46,529 bases of DNA from Candidatus Omnitrophota bacterium (GCA_043822885.1 JBDRBI010000131.1:1-46529); one strand, 5' to 3'. Numbered from the stretch's first letter, positions 1 through 6,484 are shown. Numbers and translations are program-made. The notes: generated from the letters alone by a model not told the origin.

Positions 1-38
1 TCGACCAAGATCCTGTCGTAAAGCGGTTTCACTTTCAT
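1..38 (-). CDS. groES: co-chaperonin GroES, 5' end only (gene continues left of window)
   Basis: Reverse complement of 1-38 reads ATG AAA GTG AAA CCG CTT TAC GAC AGG ATC TTG GTC = MKVKPLYDRILV, the canonical GroES N-terminus. A GGAGGGG SD lies 5 nt upstream, with CIRCE and a promoter further upstream. Only 12 codons are visible. Confidence 0.6.
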   Translation of the reverse strand, partial: MKVKPLYDRILV

Positions 39-93
39 CTCTTCCCCTCCATTGTTTTGATTTTATATTCACTAAAATCTGTTTTTTTTCATC

Positions 94-120
94 TTAGCAC
101 TCCTCCATGAAGAGTGCTAA
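94..120. promoter_or_regulatory. CIRCE (HrcA operator) inverted repeat
   Basis: TTAGCACTC (94-102), N9, GAGTGCTAA (112-120) is a perfect match to the CIRCE consensus. It sits 9 nt downstream of the predicted -10 and upstream of groES. Confidence 0.9.
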
Positions 121-129
121 TGAAATGTC

Positions 130-157
130 ATTATAGAGAAAATCGCGTTAATGTCAA
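130..157 (-). promoter_or_regulatory. sigma70-type promoter of groES
   Basis: On the minus strand: TTGACA (157-152), 16 nt spacer, TATAAT (135-130). Both hexamers are consensus. Confidence 0.7.
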
Positions 158-200
158 GCGCTTTTTGAGGATTTTGTCAATGCTCGTAAATTTCAATAGA

Positions 201-392
201 GACGAGGAGAAAGACCTCCCTTCACAGTGACATTTTTTAACGCTTTTTTCTAACTTTTTTGAGGTGTTAAATGAACTCGTCCTCATTCTTTCTATAGGTG
301 TTCGTCCTCGAACAGCATTTAACAATATTCCTCAAAAAAGTTATAAAAAATCTAAAATGTCACAGATGTTCATTCCGGCCTTTCTCCTCGTC
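201..392. repeat. long-hairpin intergenic element, copy 1 (~190 nt; MITE-like or structured RNA)
   Basis: Outer arms GACGAGGAGAAAGACC (201-216) and GGCCTTTCTCCTCGTC (377-392). Mid arms GTGACATTTT / AAAATGTCAC. Conserved inner arms ...CTAACTTTTTTGAGGTGTTAAATGAACTCG and CAGCATTTAACAATATTCCTCAAAAAAGTTATAAAAAATCTAAAATG. Homologous to 31090-31276 and 40840-41111. Confidence 0.85.
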
Positions 393-447
393 TTTAAACC
401 CAAACTGTCATGGCTCATTCTATCAAAATGAATGAATATTAACCCTC

Positions 448-654
448 AGCAGAGGCGGGACCTGTTGCAGTGAGTTGCGATTTTAGGCAAAGCAGCTTGG
501 ATATTGAGGGAACCCAAAAGGCCTGAGTAAGGGCTTTTGGGCGCGAGGACTGTTTGAGCCCGACTAAAGGAGGGCGAGTTCCGCAAGCGCCTCAGTATCC
601 AAGACCTTTGCCGTTAAGAAATCGCTCCGAACGGAAACAGGTCTCGCCTCTGCT
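448..654. ncRNA. candidate structured RNA or long imperfect hairpin, class unknown
   Basis: 19-bp closing helix 448-466 / 636-654. Further helices: 477-483/619-625, 486-492/606-612, 497-509/590-602, and an apical hairpin 513-541. A 10x10 nt internal loop (467-476 / 626-635) separates the closing helix from the next helix. No credible ORF. Strand not determinable. Confidence 0.3.
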
Positions 655-674
655 CTTACCTGGATTAAATTTTG

Positions 675-1418
675 TTACGACAACTGATTTAGTCCTTCGA
701 AAATTAGGTCTGGATGGATGTTCTTTGTGTTTATGCGGGATGATCTTTTGGCTACAAGATTGGCGTCCCCTCCGGTAGCTATTATCTCTAAGTCCTTACC
801 ATATTTATTTTTAAAACGATCTATAATACCATCACACATAGCGGCATACCCTAAAAGCATGCCGATCTTTATGCTTTCCTTTGTATCCTTGCCGACTATT
901 CCTTTTATGTAAGTAAACTCTGTTCTTGGTAATAATGCCGCATTTTCAGAAAGGGCTTTTAGAGCCAGCCTTATACCCGGGAAAATAAGCCCTCCTTCGT
1001 AGTCTCCCTTGTCATTTACAAGATCAAAAGTAACGGCTGTCCCGAAATCCAACACAAGTACGGCTCTCTTTTTCTTCGTATAGGCGCTGAAAGCGGTAAC
1101 CAGACGATCTTGTCCGACTTGGTCGGGTTTTTTATACTTTATTTTCATGGGTACTTTTATGTCTTTTCCGATCGTTCGTATTTTCGTGCCGGGAAGAATA
1201 GTTTTAATGGTATTCCTGATCACGGTAAAAAATTTCGGAACTACACTTACAATTATCACCGAAGATATTTCTTGATGATCTTTCCCCAAAAGTCGTTTAA
1301 ACGTTCCGGGTTCCAACCGCGATCTGGATGTAGCGATAAAATACCTCTTTATTATTTTTTTTCCTTGTACCAAAGCTATTGAGGTATTGCTATTTCCGAT
1401 ATCTATCAAAAGTCTCAT
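675..1418 (-). CDS. coaX: type III pantothenate kinase
   Basis: MRLLIDIGNSNTSIAL N-terminus (DIGNSN phosphate-1 motif). Typical length of about 247 aa. ATG at 1418 overlaps the birA stop by 1 nt; in-frame ATGs at 1421 and 1427 are alternative starts. Confidence 0.9.
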   Translation of the reverse strand: MRLLIDIGNSNTSIALVQGKKIIKRYFIATSRSRLEPGTFKRLLGKDHQEISSVIIVSVVPKFFTVIRNTIKTILPGTKIRTIGKDIKVPMKIKYKKPDQVGQDRLVTAFSAYTKKKRAVLVLDFGTAVTFDLVNDKGDYEGGLIFPGIRLALKALSENAALLPRTEFTYIKGIVGKDTKESIKIGMLLGYAAMCDGIIDRFKNKYGKDLEIIATGGDANLVAKRSSRINTKNIHPDLIFEGLNQLS

Positions 1419-2389
1419 CATGACCATATATCTCCGCTAAAAATACGTTTAACTTTCCCCGACACTTCTCTTACCAAAAGAGCACCCGTCTCATCAATAT
1501 CTATCGCTTCTCCGCATATGATCTTATTATGCTGTTCTATTTTCACCGGTCTCCCCAAAACGGATGAACGGTTTTTACATTCTTCTATCAAGGGAGCAAA
1601 CCCTTGGGCTTGAAAAAGAAAATAGTTTTTCTCAAACTCTTCTAAAAGAGCTCTTAACATCATATTCCTATCTATCCTCTTTTTGCCTTCTTCCCTCAAA
1701 GATGTCCCTTCAGGAGGAAGTTTGTCCTCCGTAGTATTCACGTTTAATCCTATGCCCAGAACAAGAAAATCTATTTTGTCGGGCTCGGCTTTTATTTCGG
1801 TCAATATGCCGCATATTTTGCGGCCATTAAGCAGAAGATCATTCGGCCATTTTATCTTTGTTTCAAGATCGGCGAAATTTTTTATAGCCCTTGCCGTCGA
1901 TATCGCCGCTACGAGAGTTATTGCCGCCACTTCACTCACTTCGGTATCAGGACGAAGGATGATCGAAAAATAAAGCCCGTCTCCTTTGGGAGACACCCAT
2001 TTTCGTCCTCTTCGTCCTTTTCCGTTTGTCTGTGTTTCCGCGATAATGATCGTTCCCTCACCTTCGCCGTCCTCAGCGAGTTCATAAGCTTTGTCATTGG
2101 TCGAGGAAAGAGTATCATAATGAAATATTTTTTCTTTGCCGATCACTTTAGTCAACAATGTGTCCTGCACGTTGTAGGCATATAGTTTGTCCGGGGTCTT
2201 TTTTAATTTATAGCCCCGGCGCGGCACAGCTTCTATAAGAAACCCTTCTTCTTTCAGCTTTTTCATATATTTCCAAACCGAAGCTCGTGTGAAACCAAGC
2301 TTCGAAGAAATTTCTTCCCCCGAGACAAATTCGTCCCCTTTTTTCTTCAGAAAACCTATCAATTCTTTTTTTATATCTGTCTTGTTCAT
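1418..2389 (-). CDS. birA: bifunctional biotin-[acetyl-CoA-carboxylase] ligase / biotin operon repressor
   Basis: N-terminal winged HTH. GRGRRGRKW biotin-binding motif. C-terminal SH3-like tail. 323 aa. Confidence 0.9.
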   Translation of the reverse strand: MNKTDIKKELIGFLKKKGDEFVSGEEISSKLGFTRASVWKYMKKLKEEGFLIEAVPRRGYKLKKTPDKLYAYNVQDTLLTKVIGKEKIFHYDTLSSTNDKAYELAEDGEGEGTIIIAETQTNGKGRRGRKWVSPKGDGLYFSIILRPDTEVSEVAAITLVAAISTARAIKNFADLETKIKWPNDLLLNGRKICGILTEIKAEPDKIDFLVLGIGLNVNTTEDKLPPEGTSLREEGKKRIDRNMMLRALLEEFEKNYFLFQAQGFAPLIEECKNRSSVLGRPVKIEQHNKIICGEAIDIDETGALLVREVSGKVKRIFSGDIWS

Positions 2390-2400
2390 GATCAGGTTTT

Positions 2401-3000
2401 TTAACTCATCAGTAATCGAATAAAAATTTTAACAAGAGGCAGGATAACATTATCAAAAAGGCCCAGATATAAGAGTCCTATCAGAACAACGAATCCATAT
2501 CTCTGGAAATGCATATAACTTCTTGCCGCATCGGGGGGCAAGATAGCCACGAGTATGCTTGATCCGTCCAAAGGAGGGATGGGGATCAAATTAAAGATAC
2601 CCAGGATAAGACTTATTATCACTCCGCTTAAAAGAAAGGTCCAGCCTACGGAATGGGCCGGGAAAATACCCGCTCTGAAAAGGAACGTGAAAAAAACAGC
2701 TAATAAAAAATTTGCCGCCGGTCCGGCTAACGCCGTTAAGAGCATATCTCTTTTCGGATTAGAAAAATTATTGGGATTGATAGGAACGGGCTTTGCCCAT
2801 CCAAAGACCACGGGTGAATGTGTCATAAGCAGAAGCGCCGGCAGTATAACCGTACCCACAAGATCCGCATGCGCAAAAGGGTTAAGAGTAAGACGTCCCG
2901 CGTTTCTGGCTGTAGGGTCACCTAAACGATATGCCACAATACCATGAGCGAGTTCATGAACAACGATGACTATCACAAAAACTGAGATCGAGATCAGCAT
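2401..3000 (-). CDS. site-2 protease family zinc metalloprotease (membrane)
   Basis: HELAHG zinc motif in the first TM helix. Polytopic hydrophobic 199-aa protein with an LDG motif near the C-terminus. Confidence 0.8.
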   Translation of the reverse strand: MLISISVFVIVIVVHELAHGIVAYRLGDPTARNAGRLTLNPFAHADLVGTVILPALLLMTHSPVVFGWAKPVPINPNNFSNPKRDMLLTALAGPAANFLLAVFFTFLFRAGIFPAHSVGWTFLLSGVIISLILGIFNLIPIPPLDGSSILVAILPPDAARSYMHFQRYGFVVLIGLLYLGLFDNVILPLVKIFIRLLMS

Positions 3001-3006
3001 TTTTTC

Positions 3007-3186
3007 TTATCCTAGAGTACACCCTATCCTCTTGAGCGCCTTATTCATCCTGTCAAGAGCAAGATTTACCGTTGCGCCTTCCGTAAGATTGTCTTTGCAT
3101 ACCGCGGCATATCCCTTGCGGTTCTTGATTTTGAATATATTTACCTGTGCCTTCGGAATTTTTTTTAAATTTTTTTCTTTGCCCAT
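3007..3186 (-). CDS. small hypothetical protein (59 aa), absent from the ORF track
   Basis: ATG at 3186 is preceded by a GGAGAG SD, and the stop TAA lies 6 nt before the S2P start. Sequence: MGKEKNLKKIPKAQVNIFKIKNRKGYAAVCKDNLTEGATVNLALDRMNKALKRIGCTLG. No family recognised. Confidence 0.4.
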   Translation of the reverse strand: MGKEKNLKKIPKAQVNIFKIKNRKGYAAVCKDNLTEGATVNLALDRMNKALKRIGCTLG

Positions 3187-3201
3187 CTTCTCTCCTTATC
3201 T

Positions 3202-3246
3202 AGTTCAGAGTTATGAGTTCGGAGTTCATAGTAAATAGTAACTGAG
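3202..3246. repeat. GAGTTNN heptamer array
   Basis: agttcagagttatgagttcggagttcatagtaaatagtaactgag. The 18-mer AGTTCAGAGTTATGAGTT recurs exactly at 5811-5828 and as its reverse complement at 7373-7390. The array abuts the SD of the 3007-3186 ORF. Confidence 0.85.
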
Positions 3247-3282
3247 AAAAAATATACCGCTTCTTACTTTGAGCCATTCACC

Positions 3283-3337
3283 GCCACAAGTGTATCTTTC
3301 CGCTTAGACGCGATGCGCTCCAATATCCACTTGTGCC
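3283..3337. repeat. internally deleted (mini) copy of the long-hairpin element
   Basis: tttccgctt..gacgc|gatgcgctccaatatcc aligns with the left and right ends of copy 2 (31105-31116 and 31249-31265) with the central ~135 nt missing. It has its own complementary outer arms CACAAGTG (3285-3292) and CACTTGTG (3328-3335). Confidence 0.6.
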
Positions 3338-3396
3338 GTTCCCCTCTGTACATAACACATCACACATTCCACATTACACAATATCAGTCACTTTCC

Positions 3397-3422
3397 GACT
3401 ATAGTCTATGGTCTATAGTCTC
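3397..3422. repeat. TATRGTC heptamer array directly after the hflC stop
   Basis: gactatagtctatggtctatagtctc, preceded by a degenerate core atatcagtcac (3381-3391). Confidence 0.8.
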
Positions 3423-3423
3423 T

Positions 3424-4359
3424 TCAGTCTAGATTTTTAATGTATTTATAATACTCCCCGTTCGTAGTAAGAACTATAGTCGTTCCGGAGTCTATTGTAT
3501 CCTTATATGTCTCCAAGGTCTTCATAAAAGAGTAGAACGCGGGATCTTTCCCGTATGATTCCGCATAAACAGCTATGGCCGCGGCATCCGCTTTTCCCCT
3601 GAGTCCCTGGGCTGTTTTATAAGCCTCGGAGGTTATAAGTTTCAGTTCTTTTTCCATCTGTCCTTCAACCTCGGCGCTTTTCCCCCTGCCTTCGGAGCGA
3701 TATAATTCCGCGGCTCTTTTACGTTCCGATATCATTCTCTCGTACACTTTCTTTCGTACATCCTCAACGTAATTTATACGTTTTATCCTGACATCCACGA
3801 GTTCTATCCCGTATTGGGGAACGATCTCTTTGGACCGCGTCAATATCTCGGTTTCCAATTCATGCCGCCCTACGGTTATCTTTTCTAAAGCCTCTTCCGC
3901 AAAAGCTATTATTCCGTCCCCTACCATGGTTTCCTCGAGGATACGGTTAGAGTCACGTATCGCTTCTACCAAAAGATGGCTTGTGATTATGTCTCTTGTA
4001 GCGGAATTTATCACATCATCCAGCCGGGCATGAGCGCCTCTTTCCGAACCCACTGATTCCAGAAATTTTAGCGCGTCCACTATGCGCCACCTTGCGGTGG
4101 TATCCACCCAAATGTACTTCTTATCTATGGTAGGGATCTGATTAGGGTCTCCGTCCCATTCCAAAAGACGTTTGTCAAAATAATGCGCCTGTTGTATGAA
4201 CGGCAATTTGATATGAAGACCCGCTTTTGTTATGGTCTGTCCTACAGGTCTCCCGAACTGTGTAATAACGGCTTGATTTGTTTCCGAAACTATATACACC
4301 GCTCCCATAACAAAAAACAGTGTAACCGCGATAGATGATATTTTGATCAAATTTTTCAT
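3424..4359 (-). CDS. hflC: protease modulator HflC (SPFH/band-7)
   Basis: N-terminal TM helix, SPFH domain and coiled-coil tail. The start overlaps the hflK stop by 1 nt. Confidence 0.85.
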   Translation of the reverse strand: MKNLIKISSIAVTLFFVMGAVYIVSETNQAVITQFGRPVGQTITKAGLHIKLPFIQQAHYFDKRLLEWDGDPNQIPTIDKKYIWVDTTARWRIVDALKFLESVGSERGAHARLDDVINSATRDIITSHLLVEAIRDSNRILEETMVGDGIIAFAEEALEKITVGRHELETEILTRSKEIVPQYGIELVDVRIKRINYVEDVRKKVYERMISERKRAAELYRSEGRGKSAEVEGQMEKELKLITSEAYKTAQGLRGKADAAAIAVYAESYGKDPAFYSFMKTLETYKDTIDSGTTIVLTTNGEYYKYIKNLD

Positions 4360-5363
4360 TATTCGCCACCCCCTTGCGTATCAAGTTGTAAAAGCGGAAG
4401 AATTGATTTTTGTTCAGGATCAATTATAAATTTCTTCTTAGCTTTAGGCAAAACATCCGCCATAGTCTCCAAATATAGTCTTTTTTCGGTTATAGCCGGA
4501 GCTTCTTTGTATTCTGTCCATGTCGCTAAAAACCTTTCCGCTTCTCCCTGGGCTCTGTTAATTTTATCCAGACGGTACCCCTCTGCCTGACTTATCGTTC
4601 TGTGCGCTTCTCCTTTAGCGCGGGGTATCGCCTTATTGTACGCTTCCCACGCCTCGTTTATCATGCGTTCTTTTTCCTGTTTAGCCTCATTAACTTCGTT
4701 GAACGCCGGTTTTACCACGTCCGGCGGATTAACGTCCAGAAGCTTTACGGTGATCACGGATATCCCTGTTCCATATTTATCCAAAAGGTCCTGAAGGTCT
4801 ATCTGGGCTTTGTTCGCTACTTCTTCTCTTTTTGTCGTTAAGACCTCATCCACAGAATAGTCTCCGCATAAACGTCTCATAACAACTTCCGACATGTCCC
4901 TCACATTGTTCACGGGGTCCCTCGTCGCAAACAAGAGTTTCACCGGATCGTTCACCCTGAATTGAACTATCCATTTTACATCCAGAATGTTTAAGTCACC
5001 CGTAAGCATCAATGAAGTCTCTCCCTGCTTGCTTACCGAATACTCGCTTCTTATTCCCGGACGCGTGGTCTTAAAACCAAATTCCTCTTTAAATATCTTT
5101 TTGACTTTTACCGGCGTGACCTTTTCAATGCCGAAGGGCACTTTTGCGTGCAGCCCCGGCTCGGTAGTCCGAACATATTTGCCGAATCTTTGCACCACCC
5201 CGACTTCATCCGGGCCTATTGAGTATACCGCGCCCTGTAGTAAAAATATGACAAGAAGCGCTGCTATGACCAGCGGTAAATATTTACCGTACTCGGCGCC
5301 TAACTGTTTCACCTTCTTCGCTTCTTCCCGAAAAAGATCCTCCGGTGAACGAAAATCATCCAT
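4359..5363 (-). CDS. hflK: FtsH protease activity modulator HflK (SPFH/band-7)
   Basis: TM helix followed by an SPFH domain (GPDEVGVVQRFGKY...). Paired with hflC. GGGGAGGG SD upstream. Confidence 0.85.
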   Translation of the reverse strand: MDDFRSPEDLFREEAKKVKQLGAEYGKYLPLVIAALLVIFLLQGAVYSIGPDEVGVVQRFGKYVRTTEPGLHAKVPFGIEKVTPVKVKKIFKEEFGFKTTRPGIRSEYSVSKQGETSLMLTGDLNILDVKWIVQFRVNDPVKLLFATRDPVNNVRDMSEVVMRRLCGDYSVDEVLTTKREEVANKAQIDLQDLLDKYGTGISVITVKLLDVNPPDVVKPAFNEVNEAKQEKERMINEAWEAYNKAIPRAKGEAHRTISQAEGYRLDKINRAQGEAERFLATWTEYKEAPAITEKRLYLETMADVLPKAKKKFIIDPEQKSILPLLQLDTQGGGE

Positions 5364-5440
5364 ATTGCACCCTCCCCTTTTTGTCTTCCTATTCCTAATA
5401 TTCGGCTATTGTATACCAAAAGCGGGTGAGATGCTAGTAA

Positions 5441-6036
5441 AAGATAGACGAAGAGCAGATCAGGAGAAATAGAAGAGAGCGGAAGGAGTCACCAGGTCAC
5501 CTGTCACCAAGTCATCAGAAAAAGAAGGTAGAGGATAGAGGGTAGAAAATGTAGAGGCGGTTCGTGAACCGCCCTTAAAGAGTCACCCCCGGCTGCCTTC
5601 TTTTGGGACATATGGCCGGGGCAGGCAAGTCACCAGTTGATAGAGCTTAGAAGTTAGAAGCGAGAGGCGAGAAGGGAGAGCGTGGAAGATGTCACCAAGT
5701 CATCAGGTCACCAGTCACCAGTTGATAGAGCTTAGAAGTTAGAAGCGAGAAGACAGGAAAAACAAAAGTAAAAAGTAAAAAGTTCGGATTGATTGACTGA
5801 TATGCTCTTGAGTTCAGAGTTATGAGTTGGGTTTTTAATTTTGTCTTCTGGATTTCTACCTTCTATCTTCTATCCTCTATCTTCCAACTCTGACTCCTGT
5901 AAATAAGCTGGTACCCAGGTAACCTGCTTGTCCCGAGCGAAGCCGAGGGGGTAACTAGGTGACCTGGTGACTAGGTGACTGGTGACTAGGTGACTTTTTC
6001 TACTTTCTCGCTTCTACTCTCTCGCTTCTATCTTCC
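5441..6036. repeat. composite mosaic of heptamer arrays in mirror order (~600 nt imperfect palindrome)
   Basis: Left half: purine TAGAAG-type arrays, GTCACCN x4 (5488-5518), AGAAGGT/AGAGGAT (5523-5557), further GTCACC and TAGAAG blocks, AAAAGTA x3 (5763-5783), core GATTGACTGAT (5791-5801), GAGTTNN (5807-5833). Right half holds the complements in reverse order: CTTCTAY arrays (5845-5885), GGTGAC x5 (5950-5994), TTCTAC/TTCTCG (5998-6036). Confidence 0.9.
5582..5634 (+). repeat. GC stem-loop module, copy 1
   Basis: GTCACCCCCGGCTGCCTTCTTTTGGGACATATGGCCGGGGCAGGCAAGTCACC. Homologous to 44416-44465 (same strand) and 41192-41244 (reverse complement). Stem CCCCGGC / GCCGGGG. Confidence 0.75.
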
Positions 6037-6056
6037 ATAAGCCCTAAATACACTAT

Positions 6057-6085
6057 TTGACAAGGGTAGGGCTTTCGAATATAAT
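6057..6085 (+). promoter_or_regulatory. consensus sigma70 promoter of the tRNA gene
   Basis: TTGACA (6057-6062), 17 nt spacer, TATAAT (6080-6085), 23 nt upstream of the mature tRNA 5' end. Confidence 0.8.
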
Positions 6086-6108
6086 GAGGTCTCGTAACTG
6101 CATTCCGT

Positions 6109-6185
6109 GGCGGGGTAGCTCAGATGGTTAGAGCGCACGGCTCATACCCGTGTTGTCGACGGTTCGATCCCGTCCCCCGCTACCA
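6109..6185 (+). tRNA. tRNA with anticodon CAT (Met; could be lysidine-modified Ile2)
   Basis: Hand-folded cloverleaf: acceptor GGCGGGG/CCCCGCT (G1.U72), D arm GCTC-AGATGGTTA-GAGC, anticodon arm CACGG-CTCATAC-CCGTG, variable TTGTC, T arm GACGG-TTCGATC-CCGTC, encoded CCA. It lacks the initiator signature of three G-C pairs at the base of the anticodon stem. Confidence 0.9.
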
Positions 6186-6196
6186 CTGTATTAAAA

Positions 6197-6226
6197 AACC
6201 CGGCTAATGTTAAAGCCGGGTTTTTT
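6197..6226 (+). terminator. rho-independent terminator of the tRNA
   Basis: Stem AACCCGGCT (6197-6205) / AGCCGGGTT (6214-6222), 8-nt loop, T6 tract 6221-6226. Confidence 0.8.
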
Positions 6227-6245
6227 GTTAATTCGGGTTTTCATA

Positions 6246-6267
6246 GGGGGAAACTAGAGTTTCCCCC
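6246..6267. repeat. 22-nt near-perfect palindrome
   Basis: GGGGGAAACT AG AGTTTCCCCC. Confidence 0.6.
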
Positions 6268-6361
6268 TCTTGACGCTTTTCCCTTCATTTTGTTTCACAA
6301 AATTCCGGGGTCGCTGTCACCCCCTTCCCATTGGTGTTATGAATTATGCTATCTGTGCTAT

Positions 6362-6399
6362 CAAAGGAAAAGGAGGAGGTATATCCTCCTTTTCCTTTG
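6362..6399. repeat. 15-bp perfect-stem hairpin
   Basis: CAAAGGAAAAGGAGG (6362-6376), 8-nt loop, CCTCCTTTTCCTTTG (6385-6399). Confidence 0.6.
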
Positions 6400-6444
6400 G
6401 AACCATATCCTCCTCAATTTGTGTCGCTTCGCGACGTGTTTGAA

Positions 6445-6484
6445 TAAAAAAATAGGGTCTGTCCGTGGACAGCCCCTATTTTTG
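6445..6484 (-). terminator. rho-independent terminator downstream of the TauE-family gene (bidirectional shape)
   Basis: A-run 6445-6452, hairpin ATAGGGTCTGTCC-GTG-GGACAGCCCCTAT (6452-6479), T-run 6479-6484. On the minus strand the stem is followed by T7. Confidence 0.7.

Noticed and set aside
131-325. 64-aa minus-strand ORF in the groES upstream region
   Set aside because: It overlaps the groES promoter and hairpin-element copy 1. The corresponding frames in copies 2 and 3 are broken by stop codons (for example MLFEPEHR* in copy 2), so the ORF is a by-product of the repeat.
201-392. Calling the hairpin element a classical MITE
   Set aside because: This is not fully excluded. However, I could find no target-site duplication, and the arm differences are compensatory rather than random. 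That fits a structured RNA or DNA better, so it is annotated as a repeat and not as a mobile element.
448-654. Assigning the structured region to SRP RNA, RNase P RNA or tmRNA
   Set aside because: It has no GNRA-capped helix-8 motif with AGCA/GGAA loops, no GAGGAAAGUCC P4 element and no tRNA-like acceptor/T-arm end. Only a loose 6S-like shape remains, so it is reported only as a candidate.
554-778. 74-aa plus-strand ORF
   Set aside because: It runs through the paired 3' half of the structured region and antisense into coaX. It has no SD and a low-complexity Pro/Arg-rich sequence.
5488-5518. Heptamer arrays as a CRISPR array
   Set aside because: The repeat unit is 7 nt with no unique spacers. 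No cas genes and no leader are present. Arrays occur in a dozen separate spacers.
5791-5805. TTGAC inside the core motif (GATTGACYGAT) as a sigma70 -35 box
   Set aside because: I checked 16-18 nt downstream in all copies. None has a TATAAT-like -10, and the copies occur in both orientations relative to genes.
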